Positions 41,821-55,462 are shown, numbered from the whole stretch's first letter. The stretch is DNA of 63,218 nucleotides, filler included, from a bacterium (GCA_043817485.1; 6 parts of 6 records of this genome joined end to end with filler, not necessarily neighbours in it), one strand, 5' to 3'. Notes: generated from the sequence alone by a model not told the origin. Made by a program: numbers and translations.

Positions 41821-41956
41821 GCATGAATTGCCCCTATAACCAATTTTCCCTACAACAAATAAACTTGACTTTTTTTTGTTTAAGAGTAAAATTTTATGTT
41901 AAAATTAAAAAATGGTCAAGTAAAATTAATTTTATTTATAAGCAAAAATGGGGTAA

Positions 41957-43987
<2,031 letters not shown>

Positions 43988-44149
43988 ATAGGAGTGAAAA
44001 AAAAGGTTCTAACATGTCAATTTGTAATCACATTTTGAAGTCATTACAATTAAATAAAAATAATAGTTGCAATTTTTAAGTTTGTGATTATTTAAATTAC
44101 ATTTACACTTTTATCTAAATATGTAACCATCTTTTGAAGATAATACAGA

Positions 44150-44347
44150 TTATTTAGCAAATGAATAGCTTCCATCTGCATTTTTTATTAAATGAGCATT
44201 TAGTCTTTTTACAGCTTCATTCATTCCTTCCTGATAATATTTCTGCTTTTCCTCAAAGGTCTTATTTCTAATATCCCTATATACTTCATTCTTCCATTTC
44301 CATACTTCAAGTAATGCCACTGGCATATTTTTTTCAGATGATTTCAT
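44150..44347 (-). CDS. small protein, putative antitoxin partner
   Basis: 65 aa, ATGA-overlapped with the PIN gene. Confidence 0.55.
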   Translation of the reverse strand: MKSSEKNMPVALLEVWKWKNEVYRDIRNKTFEEKQKYYQEGMNEAVKRLNAHLIKNADGSYSFAK

Positions 44348-44823
44348 TTATATATCACCTCCATTGGGTTGGTTAAAATTAGTGGATAAAAGTATCCCCT
44401 TTTCTCATTGATTATTTTAATGCTGAATTGTTTTTGAATGTTGGCTAAATGCTTAAAATTCCATGACAAAAGAATATCCATCTGATAGCAGGTTGAGATA
44501 GCAACATGTTGAGCATCTTCTATTTTCTTATGAGGAATAACCTTTTCCTTGAGATAAATATTAGCAAGATCATCTGATTCCTTATCCAATCTCAAAATTC
44601 TTAAATGATACTTTTCAATTACTTCTAAAAGCTTTTTCTTTTTTAATTCATCCTTTGTTTTTCCAATTTCTCTGATTAAAACATCGGAAATATAAACAAG
44701 GTATTTCTCTTTTTCAACATAGTCCTCAAAAAACTCCTTGGTAATCTTCTTGAATTCTGGAGCATCATCAGCAAAGAGAAAATTTATTACAGAAGTATCA
44801 AGGTATATTTTAAGTTTTTTCAT
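44344..44823 (-). CDS. PIN-domain protein (VapC-like)
   Basis: IYLDTSV, DAQHVA, LLSWNFKHL. Confidence 0.85.
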   Translation of the reverse strand: MKKLKIYLDTSVINFLFADDAPEFKKITKEFFEDYVEKEKYLVYISDVLIREIGKTKDELKKKKLLEVIEKYHLRILRLDKESDDLANIYLKEKVIPHKKIEDAQHVAISTCYQMDILLSWNFKHLANIQKQFSIKIINEKRGYFYPLILTNPMEVIYK

Positions 44824-45122
44824 TATTTTATTTTTTATAGCAATCTCTTGTTATTTGAATTTTTGAATTAACTATAAGTTGGGAATCAATTGAAAATAAA
44901 GAAAAAAAAACTTCATGTTTTTTTTCTTTATTAAAAACATTGTTATAATATATGCAGAAATTTAGATTGTTATCAAAAGTTTTACAGATAAAAAAATTAC
45001 CAAAAGCATTTTTTTTATCTGTTATTATGTGATACAAAAGAATAAATTCGAAACAATTGAAAAATTTAATTTTTTACATGTTTATAATTTTAATTAGAAT
45101 AGATATTTTTAAAATTTTAAAA

Positions 45123-45476
45123 TTATTTTTCTGCTTTTGCCATATTTACTATTTCTGTAAATGTTTTTGGATTATTTATTGCTAAATCTGATAATACTTT
45201 TCTATCAAGCAATATATTTAAGTCTTTTAATCTTTTTATAAATCTACTATAAAGTATTTCTTCTTTTCTACAAGCAATACTTAATCTACTTATCCAAAGA
45301 GCTCTAAAAGTTCGTTTATTTGTTTTTCTATCTCGTGTTTGATAAGATAAAGCTTTTAATAAAGATTCTTTCGCTCTTCTATATCGAGTTTTTCTATTTC
45401 CACGGAATCCTTTTGCTAATTTTAGAACTTTTTTTTTCCGTTTTCTTGAAGCAACACTAGTGTTTACTTTGGACAT
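45123..45476 (-). CDS. rplT: 50S ribosomal protein L20
   Basis: KKVLKLAKGFRG, RDRK, FRALWISR, LDRKVLSDLA. Confidence 0.96.
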   Translation of the reverse strand: MSKVNTSVASRKRKKKVLKLAKGFRGNRKTRYRRAKESLLKALSYQTRDRKTNKRTFRALWISRLSIACRKEEILYSRFIKRLKDLNILLDRKVLSDLAINNPKTFTEIVNMAKAEK

Positions 45477-45530
45477 CTTTACTCCTATAATAATTAAATA
45501 AAATTTAGAAAATTTTTTAAATTAATATTT

Positions 45531-45731
45531 TTAAAGATAAGGAATTAATATTTTAATTCTTTTTGTTTCTGCTGCACTAACTAATCCAGATTTTCTTAAA
45601 TTTCTTTTTTGTTGAGCACTTTTTGAAGAAAGTTTATGTCTTGAAAAAGCTTTTTTTCTTTTGATTTTACCTTTACCAGTAACTTTAAATCTTTTAGCTG
45701 CTCCTTTTTTAGTTTTCAATTTATAACCCAA
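45531..45731 (-). CDS. rpmI: 50S ribosomal protein L35
   Basis: [22 protein letters not shown] start. Confidence 0.95.
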   Translation of the reverse strand: MGYKLKTKKGAAKRFKVTGKGKIKRKKAFSRHKLSSKSAQQKRNLRKSGLVSAAETKRIKILIPYL

Positions 45732-45732
45732 G

Positions 45733-46008
45733 TTATAGTTCTCCTTTCTTTACAATTGATATGTCTGTACCACAGTTTTTGCATTTCTTTGCACCTAAAA
45801 CCACTTCTCCCCCACAATCTGGACACTTTTTCATTTTCATATTTGGACCGATCGCAATAATCAGCCATCCAATTGCCCCAAGCAAAAATCCAAATACTAT
45901 GCCGGCTCCAGTTCGACCTTTTGACTTCCCAATAGTTGCTCCAATAAGTGATCCTATTATTACATAAAGTAAAATAATGAGAAGCGTATTATCCAATATA
46001 TTATCCAT
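45733..46008 (-). CDS. small membrane protein with C-terminal zinc ribbon
   Basis: two TM segments, CPDC...CKNC; AAGGAG RBS. Confidence 0.75.
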   Translation of the reverse strand: MDNILDNTLLIILLYVIIGSLIGATIGKSKGRTGAGIVFGFLLGAIGWLIIAIGPNMKMKKCPDCGGEVVLGAKKCKNCGTDISIVKKGEL

Positions 46009-46127
46009 TCGAATTCTCCTTGATTAATTTTTGCATAACATCAAAAATAATTTTTCAAAAATTACAATAAAATTAATTATAATACATTTTAAAATCTAGC
46101 CCAAATTATAATTCTCCTTTCATATTA

Positions 46128-46652
46128 TTAAATTTTTTTCTTTTTTGATATTGGAGCAAAAAATATTATTATACTTTTACCTTCCATTTTAGGAGGCTTT
46201 GCTATTTCTGATATATCTTTTAAATCTTCTATTAAACGATTTGTTAAATTATTTCCATATTCTACATGAACAATTTCTCTTCCTCTAAATGTAATAACTA
46301 CTTTTATTCTATGACCTTTTCCTAAAAAATTTTTGATATGATTCATTTTAAATAAATAATCATGTTCATCTATTAATGGTCTCATTTGAATTTCTTTTAC
46401 AAGAATTACTTGTTGTTTTTTCTTTGCTTCACTTTCTTTTTTTTCTAAATCATATTTATATTTTCCATATTCCATAATTTTACAAACTGGAGGATTGGCT
46501 GTTGGTGCAGTTTCTATTAAATCAAGATGTCTTTCTCTTGCCATTCTTAATGCTTCATAAGTTCGCATAATTCCAAGTGGATTATTGTTTTCATCAACTA
46601 CCCGCACTTCTGGAATTCTAATTCTTTCATTTACTCTAATTGGTTTTATAAT
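46128..46652 (-). CDS. infC: translation initiation factor IF-3 (probable ATT start)
   Basis: RVNERIR, PPVCKIMEYGKYKY, FRGRE; GGAGG 8 nt before ATT 46652. Confidence 0.95.
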   Translation of the reverse strand: MIKPIRVNERIRIPEVRVVDENNNPLGIMRTYEALRMARERHLDLIETAPTANPPVCKIMEYGKYKYDLEKKESEAKKKQQVILVKEIQMRPLIDEHDYLFKMNHIKNFLGKGHRIKVVITFRGREIVHVEYGNNLTNRLIEDLKDISEIAKPPKMEGKSIIIFFAPISKKKKI

Positions 46653-46801
46653 GTTATGAACCTCCATTAAAAAATTTTAAACCTGTCCTCCTATTTTCTC
46701 AAGAACAGACTCTGCAAAAATTTATTAAAAAATCTTTTAATATCATTTTTATTTTTTTGTCAAGAAATTTGTATAATTCTAATTTTTCAATTTTTAAAAA
46801 A

Positions 46802-48253
46802 TTATTTTTGGAAGTCATATCTTAAATTAAGTTCTCTTGCAGCTTTTGTTTCATCTAATCTTTTAACTGACATATTTATTGGTGCTTGCTTTAATTTTTC
46901 TGGATTAGATTTTGCTAAATTAGCAATTTCTTTCATTATATTTATAAATTCATCTAATGTTTGCTTTGATTCTGTTTCTGTTGGTTCAATCATTATTGCT
47001 TCTTTTACAATCAATGGAAAATATATTGTAGGTGGATGAATTCCTTTATCTATTAAATATTTAACAATATCTAATGCTGTAATATGATTTTCTTCTTTTT
47101 GTTTTAATGCAGAAAAAACACATTCATGCATACAAGTTTTATCATAAGGAAAATCAAAATATTCTTTAAGCAATTCTTTACAATAATTAGCATTAAGAAC
47201 TGCTATCTCTGATGCTTCTATCAATCCTTCTTTCCCTAATAATAAAATATATGCATAAGCTTTCAAAATAACTAAAAAATTACCATAAAAAGATGCAATA
47301 TTTCCTATTGAATTTAGTTCATCATAATTTAAAGAAAAATTCTCATTTTTAATTATTCTGGGAATTGGTAAAAATGATATTAGATTTTTTTTTACTCCAA
47401 CTGGTCCAGAACCTGGACCACCACCACCATGTGGTGTAGAAAATGTTTTATGCAAATTCAAATGAACAATATCAAATCCAATATCTCCAGGTCTGCATTT
47501 ACCTAAAATAGCATTAAGATTTGCTCCATCATAATACATCAAAGCATCTACTTTATGTGCTAAATCACAAATTTCTTTTATATTTGGATTAAAAATTCCC
47601 AAAGTATCTGGACAAGTAAGCATAACACCCGCAACATCTTCATTTAATTTATTTTCAAATTCTTCCAAATTCATATAACCATTTTTATCTGTTGATACCG
47701 TAATTATTTCAAATCCTCCAATTGCTGCACTTGCTGGATTTGTTCCATGAGAACTATCTGGGACAATAATATATTTTTTGTGATTACCTTTAAATTTATG
47801 ATAATGTGAAATAAGAATAACACCTGTAAGCTCTCCATGTGCTCCAGCAAATGGTTGCATTGTAAATGCATCCATTCCAGTAATTTCACATAATAATTTT
47901 TCTGTTTCATAAAGAACTTCTAAAGATCCTTGTGTAAATAAATTACCTTTTTGTATTTGTGAAAGTAAAGGATGTATTTCTGTAAAACCAGAAAAATTTG
48001 CTATTTTTTCAGTGAATTTAGGATTGTATTTCATAGTACAAGAACCTAATGGGTAAAAATTAGTATCTACTGAAAAATTTTTACGAGAAAGATTAGTAAA
48101 ATGTCTTACTACATCTAATTCAGATACTTCTGGTAATTCTGGTTCTTTTTCTCTAAGATAACAAGATGGCAAGTTATTTTTTGAAAAAACATCAGATTTT
48201 GGTAATTTTAATCCCGTTCTATTTTTTACACTTTTTTCAAAAATTAATTGCAT
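46802..48253 (-). CDS. gcvPB: glycine dehydrogenase subunit 2
   Basis: [38 protein letters not shown]. Confidence 0.95.
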   Translation of the reverse strand: MQLIFEKSVKNRTGLKLPKSDVFSKNNLPSCYLREKEPELPEVSELDVVRHFTNLSRKNFSVDTNFYPLGSCTMKYNPKFTEKIANFSGFTEIHPLLSQIQKGNLFTQGSLEVLYETEKLLCEITGMDAFTMQPFAGAHGELTGVILISHYHKFKGNHKKYIIVPDSSHGTNPASAAIGGFEIITVSTDKNGYMNLEEFENKLNEDVAGVMLTCPDTLGIFNPNIKEICDLAHKVDALMYYDGANLNAILGKCRPGDIGFDIVHLNLHKTFSTPHGGGGPGSGPVGVKKNLISFLPIPRIIKNENFSLNYDELNSIGNIASFYGNFLVILKAYAYILLLGKEGLIEASEIAVLNANYCKELLKEYFDFPYDKTCMHECVFSALKQKEENHITALDIVKYLIDKGIHPPTIYFPLIVKEAIMIEPTETESKQTLDEFINIMKEIANLAKSNPEKLKQAPINMSVKRLDETKAARELNLRYDFQK

Positions 48254-49410
48254 AATATTATCTCCAAATTTTCTTTTAATTTAATTATTTCTTCTTTTGT
48301 ATTTTTTTCTGTTACATTAATTAATAACAAATTTTCCATATTTTTATAAAAATTACTTAATGGTAAGCCACAAATAAAGCCCTTATCAAACATTTTATTA
48401 ACTACAAAAGATGCATTTATTGGTAAAGAAACAACAAATTCATTAAAAGTAAATAATTCTTTATTTATTTTTACATTGGGAATTTCACTAATTATACTTT
48501 TTGCAAATTCACTTTTTTCATAATTAAGTTTTGCTAATTCTTTTATTCCTTTTTTCCCTAATAATGAAAAATAAATAGTTGCTCTTAAAGAACATAATGC
48601 TTCATTAGAACATATATTTGAGGTTGCTTTTTCTCTTCTTATATGTTGTTCTCTTGCTTGTAAAGTTAAAGTAAATCCTGTTTTTCCATCAATATCAATT
48701 GTTTTACCTACAATTCTTCCTGGTAATTTTCTAACATATATTTTTTTTGTAGCAATAAATCCTAAATAAGGACCACCAAATGAAAGAGGAATACCTAAAC
48801 TTTGTCCTTCGCCTATTACTATATCTACTCCTATTTCTCCTGGTGTTTTTAAGATTCCAAGAGAGATAGGATAAACATATTGTATAACTAATGCTTGATA
48901 TTTATGTGCTTCTTCTACAATATTTTGATAATTATCGATAATACCAAAAAAATTAGGATTTTGTAAAACAATAGCAGCAGTTTTATCATCTAAATATTTA
49001 TAAATTTCTTCTTTATTAGTTTGTTCAGAAACAACTGGAATTTCAATGATATTAATATTAGAAGCGTAAGTTTGTATCATTTTTTTATAAATTGGATTTA
49101 TTCCAGAATCTAATATAATTTTGTTTTTGCCAGTAACTTGTATTGCTAAATTAATTGCTTCATATAAAGCAGTGCCTCCATCATATAAAGATGCATTAGA
49201 TACTTCCATATCAACAAGCTCACAAATACTTGTTTGAAATTCATAAATTGCTTGTAGCCAACCTTGTGAACATTCGGGCTGATAAGGTGTATAAGAAGTA
49301 TAAAATTCAGACCTATTTGCTAAAGCATCTACTGCAGATGGAATATAGTGATCATAAAATCCAGCACCTAAAAAAGATATAAAATCTATTTTGTTTTTAT
49401 AAGAAAGTTT
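48244..49410 (-). CDS. gcvPA: glycine dehydrogenase subunit 1; 5' truncated by gap
   Basis: open to contig end: [41 protein letters not shown]. Confidence 0.94.
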   Translation of the reverse strand, partial: KLSYKNKIDFISFLGAGFYDHYIPSAVDALANRSEFYTSYTPYQPECSQGWLQAIYEFQTSICELVDMEVSNASLYDGGTALYEAINLAIQVTGKNKIILDSGINPIYKKMIQTYASNINIIEIPVVSEQTNKEEIYKYLDDKTAAIVLQNPNFFGIIDNYQNIVEEAHKYQALVIQYVYPISLGILKTPGEIGVDIVIGEGQSLGIPLSFGGPYLGFIATKKIYVRKLPGRIVGKTIDIDGKTGFTLTLQAREQHIRREKATSNICSNEALCSLRATIYFSLLGKKGIKELAKLNYEKSEFAKSIISEIPNVKINKELFTFNEFVVSLPINASFVVNKMFDKGFICGLPLSNFYKNMENLLLINVTEKNTKEEIIKLKENLEIILCN

Positions 49411-49514
49411 TTNNNNNNNNNNNNNNNNNNNNNNNNNNNNNNNNNNNNNNNNNNNNTTAATTAATTAANNNNNNNNNNNNNNNNNNNNNNNNNNNNNNNN
49501 NNNNNNNNNNNNTT

Positions 49515-50012
49515 TTAGCCATTACTGCAATTAATCAATTAAATAAAAATTATAATATAAATATATCTTTACAAAACATTAAAAATGGATTAGAAAAAAC
49601 AAAATGGCCTGGTCGTTTAGAAATTATTTCAAAAAAACCTTTAATTATTTTAGATGGAGCCCATAACAAAAGTGCTGCTTTAATTCTTAAAAAAGCTTTA
49701 TTATCATATTTTAAAGAATATAAAATAATTTTTATTTTAGGTATTTTGAAAGATAAAGATATAAGTAGTATTATTAAAATACTTTCACCTATAGCAAAAA
49801 TTATAATTACTTCACAAGCAAATTCAGAAAGATCTCAAGATGCTTTTAAATTAAGTGAAAAAGTTAAAAAATATTTTAATGGAGAAATAATCCCTATCCC
49901 ACAAATTGAAAAAGCAATAAAATTAGCTAAAATAAAAGCAAAAAATGAAAAAACTTTAATTTGTATTACTGGTTCTATTTATTTAATTGGAGAAGTGAAA
50001 AATAAAATTTAG
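49515..50012 (+). CDS. folC: folylpolyglutamate synthase, C-terminal part; 5' truncated by gap
   Basis: WPGRLE, LDGAHN, KDKD, TGSIYLIGE. Confidence 0.9.
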   Translation, partial: LAITAINQLNKNYNINISLQNIKNGLEKTKWPGRLEIISKKPLIILDGAHNKSAALILKKALLSYFKEYKIIFILGILKDKDISSIIKILSPIAKIIITSQANSERSQDAFKLSEKVKKYFNGEIIPIPQIEKAIKLAKIKAKNEKTLICITGSIYLIGEVKNKI

Positions 50013-50080
50013 TAAGTTTAATATTTCATATTTATAATTCAATGTCTGATTTATAAATTAAGTTTTGGAAATTATTATTT

Positions 50081-50815
50081 ATGATAAAAAAATTTCTTAT
50101 TGCTTTAAATTTTTTAACAATTATTCCTTTTAAACTAAAAAATATTTCTACAGAAAAGTTTGTAGAATCAATTTATTATTTTCCTTTTATTGGATTAATT
50201 ATTGGTTTGATTTTAGAAATTGGATTTTTTTTATTTTCTTTTTGTTTCCCTTTATTTATAGTAATTTTATTAGTTTTAATATTAGAAATTTTTATTACTG
50301 GAGGGTTTCATTTAGATGGATTAGCTGATTTTACAGATGGATTTATGGCGGGAAAAAATAAACAAGAAATTTTAAAAATTATGAAAGAGCCACAAATTGG
50401 TGTTTTTGGAACATTAAGTCTAATTATTATTCTTTCTTTAAAATATTGTCTTTTATTGAATTTACAAAAGCATCTTTTTTCTATTCTTATAATGATGCCA
50501 TTTTTGGCAAGATGGAGTATTGTTTATTTTTCTTTTATTTCTTTTCCAGCTCAAGAACAAGGATTAGGGAAATTAGCTACTCAATATAAAAGTAAAATAG
50601 GATTTATTTTAAATTTTATTTTTATACTAATTATTAATTGGTATTTTTTTAAATATTTTAGTTTAATAATACTTTTATTTCTAATTTTAATAATTACATT
50701 GATTAAATTTATTGTTCATAGAAAAATTGGCGGGATTACAGGTGATGTTTTAGGAGCATCTGTAGAAATTATAGAAATTAGTTATCTTATTTTATTAAGC
50801 ATATTTTTGCATTAA
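50081..50815 (+). CDS. cobS: adenosylcobinamide-GDP ribazoletransferase
   Basis: TGGFHLDGLADFTDG, IMKE, GGITGDVLGA. Confidence 0.92.
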   Translation: MIKKFLIALNFLTIIPFKLKNISTEKFVESIYYFPFIGLIIGLILEIGFFLFSFCFPLFIVILLVLILEIFITGGFHLDGLADFTDGFMAGKNKQEILKIMKEPQIGVFGTLSLIIILSLKYCLLLNLQKHLFSILIMMPFLARWSIVYFSFISFPAQEQGLGKLATQYKSKIGFILNFIFILIINWYFFKYFSLIILLFLILIITLIKFIVHRKIGGITGDVLGASVEIIEISYLILLSIFLH

Positions 50816-50866
50816 AAAAAATTTGCTAATATTTTTTTTGAAGTACTAATTAAATCCTAAATTCAT

Positions 50867-51814
50867 TTACAAAAAAATGCCACCAATGAAATTGATAATA
50901 TTTTCATAATTCTTGTATCCATCCTTTTCTAATCCTTCTTTCTGTAACCAATTAAGGGCTTTTTTATATTCCTGTTTAGTAATTTTTCGATTGATTTCTG
51001 GATATAATGAAGATTTATTGGCTGGAAAATATTGTGACATAAAACTAATATGTATATTTTTTGATAAATTAGATATTATTTTTAAAACATCTTCTGTTCC
51101 AGAAATATTTTTTGGTAAAACTAAATGTCTTATAATTATTCCATTTTGAGCAATTCCATTTTCATCTAATATTAATGCATCTCCTTTTTGACGAAATATT
51201 TCTTTAATTGCTTTTAAATTAAATTCTGAATAATTAGAAACACTTGAATATTTTTCTGCCATTTTAGTATCTATATACTTCATGTCTGGCAAATATATAT
51301 CAATAATTCCATTTAATATTTTCAATATTTTTACACTATCATAACCATTTGTATTATAAACTAAAGGAATATTTAAGCCATTTTTTATTGCTATTTCTAA
51401 AGATGCAAGAATTTGTGGCACAAAATGAGTTGGAGTTACAAAATTTATATTATGGCTTCCTATTTTTTGTAAGTATATCATCATCTCAGCTAATTTATCT
51501 AAAGATACTTCATTTACTGTTTCAAGTTGACTAATAGGATAATTTTGACAAAAAACACATTTAAGATTACAATTAGTAAAAAAAATTGTACCAGAACCAT
51601 TAGTTCCAGATATAGGCGGCTCTTCTCCATGATGAAGATTATAACTAGATACTTTTGGTAATAATTTAGATTTACAAAAACCATACTCGTTTTTTAATCT
51701 ATTAATACCACATTTACGAGGACAAAGCATACATTTTTCAAGTAATTTATAAGCATCTTTTATTTTTTGTTTCAAAATACCTTTTTTGCATAATTCTAAA
51801 TATTTTGGTTGCAT
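50867..51814 (-). CDS. PflX-like radical SAM protein
   Basis: CMLCPRKC, HHGEEPPISG, CNLKCVFCQN, IRHLVLP, MSQYFP. Confidence 0.88.
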   Translation of the reverse strand: MQPKYLELCKKGILKQKIKDAYKLLEKCMLCPRKCGINRLKNEYGFCKSKLLPKVSSYNLHHGEEPPISGTNGSGTIFFTNCNLKCVFCQNYPISQLETVNEVSLDKLAEMMIYLQKIGSHNINFVTPTHFVPQILASLEIAIKNGLNIPLVYNTNGYDSVKILKILNGIIDIYLPDMKYIDTKMAEKYSSVSNYSEFNLKAIKEIFRQKGDALILDENGIAQNGIIIRHLVLPKNISGTEDVLKIISNLSKNIHISFMSQYFPANKSSLYPEINRKITKQEYKKALNWLQKEGLEKDGYKNYENIINFIGGIFL

Positions 51815-52273
51815 AATTAAACCTTATTAAAAAATATAAAGCACAAAATTGGGAAATGTTATTAATGGAAAAAGTAATTTGTCAATATTTTGTTTTTCAT
51901 CAAGCAAAATTACTTTAAAAACATTGACATCTAAAACAAAATATAAATATTAATTAGTTTAATTTTTTAATAAATTTCCTAAAAATAAATATATTTCCAC
52001 AAATTATACTAAATTGCTTTCCAAATGATAATAAAGTGACAAAAAAGTATTATGCTAAATTGCAATTTAAAAAATAGTAATAAAAAAAATTCGAAATCCG
52101 AATATCGAAATTCAAAACAAATTTCAATGACAGAAATACAAATGTTCAAAACAAAAAAATATGAAACATAAAAAAACGATTAAGTAAAAAATTTGAAATT
52201 TAAAATATTAAATTTTGGATTTTAATTTTTTTCTTATTGTTTAAAATTTCGAATTTTTTATTAAGGAGTAATT

Positions 52274-52858
52274 TTGATTATTAGAAGTTTTATTTCTATC
52301 GAATTATCTAAAACAATAAAAAGCAATTTAATTAAAATTCAAAATTTTCTAAAAACATCTAATAGTGATGTAAAATGGGAAAAACAAGAGAATCATCATT
52401 TAACATTATTATTTTTAGGGAATATAGACGAAAGTCAATTAAAACAAATTATTCCTACATTAAATAACGCTATGAAAAATTTTCCATCTTTTAAAATAAA
52501 ACTCGAAAATATAAATATATTGCCTAATTTACAAGATCCAAGAGTAATTTGGCTTGGTGTTTCTAATGAAAAAGAAAAAATAATTTATCTTCATAATCTT
52601 ATTGCAAAAGAATTAAAAAATATTGGAGTTAAAACAGAAAAAAGAAAATTTTCCCCTCATATTACACTTGGCAGAATAAAATCTAATGTAAAAATTAATA
52701 AACTAATTACTTTAATAAGAAATATTAAAACATCAAATATATCAAATATAGATGATTTTAAAGTAAAGCAAATTTCTTTAATGAAAAGTATTCTTATGCC
52801 TAAAGGTTCAATATATATACCTCTTGAAAATTTTAATTTGGAAGGAAAAAATGCGTGA
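52274..52858 (+). CDS. thpR: RNA 2',3'-cyclic phosphodiesterase (2H family)
   Basis: HLTL and FSPHITLGR motifs, PRVIW. Confidence 0.9.
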   Translation: MIIRSFISIELSKTIKSNLIKIQNFLKTSNSDVKWEKQENHHLTLLFLGNIDESQLKQIIPTLNNAMKNFPSFKIKLENINILPNLQDPRVIWLGVSNEKEKIIYLHNLIAKELKNIGVKTEKRKFSPHITLGRIKSNVKINKLITLIRNIKTSNISNIDDFKVKQISLMKSILMPKGSIYIPLENFNLEGKNA

Positions 52859-53439
52859 AATAGAAGAAAGCATTTGGCAAATGAATTATCAAAAAATTGG
52901 CGGAATTGATGAAGTTGGAAGAGGACCATTAGCAGGACCTGTAATATCTTCTGTAGTTGTTGTTGAAAAAACTACTTTTATTGAAGGAGTAAAAGATTCT
53001 AAAAAATTAAGTGCAAAAAAAAGAGAATATTTTTTTGAAAAAATAAAAGAATCTTGTATTGATATAGGAATCGGTAGTGTTGATGAAGAAACAATAGATC
53101 AAATTAACATATATCAAGCAACTATTCTTTCTATGAAAAAAGCTTTAAATAATTTAAAAATTAAACCAGATTTTATTTTAGTAGATGGTTTATTTATTCC
53201 CGATCTAAATATTCCTCAAAAAAAAATAATAAAAGGCGATAATCTTTGTTTTTCTATTGCATCTGCTTCTATTATTGCTAAAGTAACAAGAGATAGATAT
53301 ATGGACAAAATGCATGAAATTTACCCTCAATATAATTTTAAAAAAAATAAAGGTTATGGAACTTTTGAACATTTAGAAGTTTTAAATATATGGACATTGT
53401 AAAATTCATAGAAAAACTTTTCGCGGAGTAAAAAAATGA
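52851..53439 (+). CDS. rnhB: ribonuclease HII, frameshifted near the 3' end
   Basis: GIDEVGRGPLAGPV, DSKKL, KGD, IAKVTRD, KGYGT; tail YGHCKIHRKTF lies in another frame ending at TGA 53439. Confidence 0.9.
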
Positions 53440-55277
53440 TACTTGAAAATATAAATACTCCTAATGATTTAAAAAAACTTAATATTGATGAATTGGCTTT
53501 ATTAGCCGAAGAAATTAGAAAAACAATTATTGAAACAGTGCTTAAAACAGGTGGACATTTATCTTCTAATTTAGGTGTAATAGAATTAACTTTAGCTCTT
53601 CATTATGTATTTAATTGTCCAAAAGATAAAATCATTTGGGATGTCGGACATCAAACTTATGCTCATAAACTAATTACTGGGCAAAAAAACATATTTCATA
53701 CTCTTCGTCAATATAATGGATTAAGTGGATTTCCAGATCCTTCAAAAAATATTTATGATTGCTTTGGAACTGGCCATAGTAGCACTTCTATTAGTGCTAT
53801 ATTAGGAATGGCAGTAGCAAAAGATATTTTAAAAGAAAATTATTATTCCATTGCAGTTATAGGCGATGGATCTTTAACTGGAGGAATAGCTTTTGAAGGA
53901 TTAAATAATGCTGGACATCTTCAAAAAAATATGATTATTATTTTAAACGATAATAAAATGTCCATTTCTAAAAATGTTGGTGCTCTTTCTACTTATTTGA
54001 ATAAATTAATTATTAAAAGATCTTATAACACTTTTAAAGATAATATTAAAAAATTATTAAAACTACTTCCTTTTAAAATTAGAAAAAACATAATTAAATT
54101 AATTAAAAAAATAGAAGAAGGAATAAAAAACTTAATTGTTCCTGGAATTTTTTTTGAAGAATTAGGAATTAGATATTTTGGGCCTATTGATGGGCATGAT
54201 ACTAAAACATTAATAGAAATTTTTGAAAAAACTAAAGATTTAAAAGGGCCTATTTTAATTCATATAATTACTAAAAAAGGGAAAGGATATTCTTCAGCAG
54301 AAAAAAATCCTACTTTTTATCATAGTGGAACTTCTTTTGATAAAAATAATAAAACAAAAACTTATTCTCAAATTTTTGGAGAAAGTTTATTAGAATTAGC
54401 TTTATCAGATTCTAAAATTATTGGAATTACAGCAGCGATGACAGAAGGAACTGGATTAAACATTTTTGCTGAAAGATTACCCAATCAATTTTTTGATGTA
54501 GGAATCGCTGAACAACATGCAATAACTTTTGCAGCAGGTTTAGCAATGCAAAAATTAAAACCAGTAATATTTATTTATTCTACTTTTCTTCAAAGAGCTT
54601 ATGATCAAATTTTACACGATGTTTGCAGACAAAATTTACCTGTTATTTTTGCTATAGATAAAGCTGGAATAACTGGTCCAGATGGAGAAACTCATCAAGG
54701 AGTTTTTGATATTGCATATTTAAGACATATACCTAATCTTGTAATTATGGCTCCTTCTAATGCAAATGAAATAAAAAAAATGCTTGAATTTGCTTTAAAA
54801 CTTCAAAAACCTATTGCTATTAGATATCCAAGTGCTAAAATTTTAGAAAAAAATAACCAAGAAATTTTAATTGAATTAGGTAAAGCAAAAATTCTACAAG
54901 AAGGAGAAGAAATTGTTTTATTTGCAATTGGTGTAATAATAGAAAATTGTATTGAAGCAGCTGATATATTATTTCAAGAAAAAAAGAAAAAAATAACAGT
55001 AGTAGATTTACGTTTTATTAAACCTTTAGATGAAAAACTAATTTGTAATCTTTGTAAAAAACATAAAAAAATAATTACAGTTGAAGATGGAATTATTGCT
55101 GGTGGTGTAGGTACTGGGATAATGGAACTTTTAGCAAAAGAACATATAATTGCCTCTAAAATAAAAATAATAGGATTTCCAGACGAATTTATTTCACACG
55201 GGCAAAGAAATATTTTATTAGAAAAATATGGTTTAGATAAATTTGGAATTTATCAAGAAATAATAAAAATGTTATAA
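53436..55277 (+). CDS. dxs: 1-deoxy-D-xylulose-5-phosphate synthase
   Basis: GGHLSSNLG, WDVGHQ, GHSSTSIS, GDG...LNDN, DVGIAEQHA. Confidence 0.95.
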   Translation: MILENINTPNDLKKLNIDELALLAEEIRKTIIETVLKTGGHLSSNLGVIELTLALHYVFNCPKDKIIWDVGHQTYAHKLITGQKNIFHTLRQYNGLSGFPDPSKNIYDCFGTGHSSTSISAILGMAVAKDILKENYYSIAVIGDGSLTGGIAFEGLNNAGHLQKNMIIILNDNKMSISKNVGALSTYLNKLIIKRSYNTFKDNIKKLLKLLPFKIRKNIIKLIKKIEEGIKNLIVPGIFFEELGIRYFGPIDGHDTKTLIEIFEKTKDLKGPILIHIITKKGKGYSSAEKNPTFYHSGTSFDKNNKTKTYSQIFGESLLELALSDSKIIGITAAMTEGTGLNIFAERLPNQFFDVGIAEQHAITFAAGLAMQKLKPVIFIYSTFLQRAYDQILHDVCRQNLPVIFAIDKAGITGPDGETHQGVFDIAYLRHIPNLVIMAPSNANEIKKMLEFALKLQKPIAIRYPSAKILEKNNQEILIELGKAKILQEGEEIVLFAIGVIIENCIEAADILFQEKKKKITVVDLRFIKPLDEKLICNLCKKHKKIITVEDGIIAGGVGTGIMELLAKEHIIASKIKIIGFPDEFISHGQRNILLEKYGLDKFGIYQEIIKML

Positions 55278-55283
55278 ATCTTT

Positions 55284-55356
55284 GCCCATGTAGCTCAGTT
55301 GGTAGAGCACCTCACTCGTAATGAGGAAGTCAGCGGTTCAATTCCGCTCATGGGCT
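55284..55356 (+). tRNA. tRNA-Thr(CGT)
   Basis: GCCCATG/CATGGGC acceptor stem, CCTCA-CTCGTAA-TGAGG anticodon arm, GGTTCAATTCC; CCA not encoded. Confidence 0.93.
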
Positions 55357-55462
55357 CTCTCAAATAAAAAATTATTTCGTATTTCGATATTCGGATTTCG
55401 TATTTTCTTTATGTTATTTCTTTGTTTGCAACTTAATATTAAATGGATTTTTTTACAAAATT

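Noticed and set aside
44828-45037. 69-aa ORF upstream of the PIN gene as a possible antitoxin
   Set aside because: Composition resembles non-coding AT-rich DNA; no RBS or DNA-binding motif
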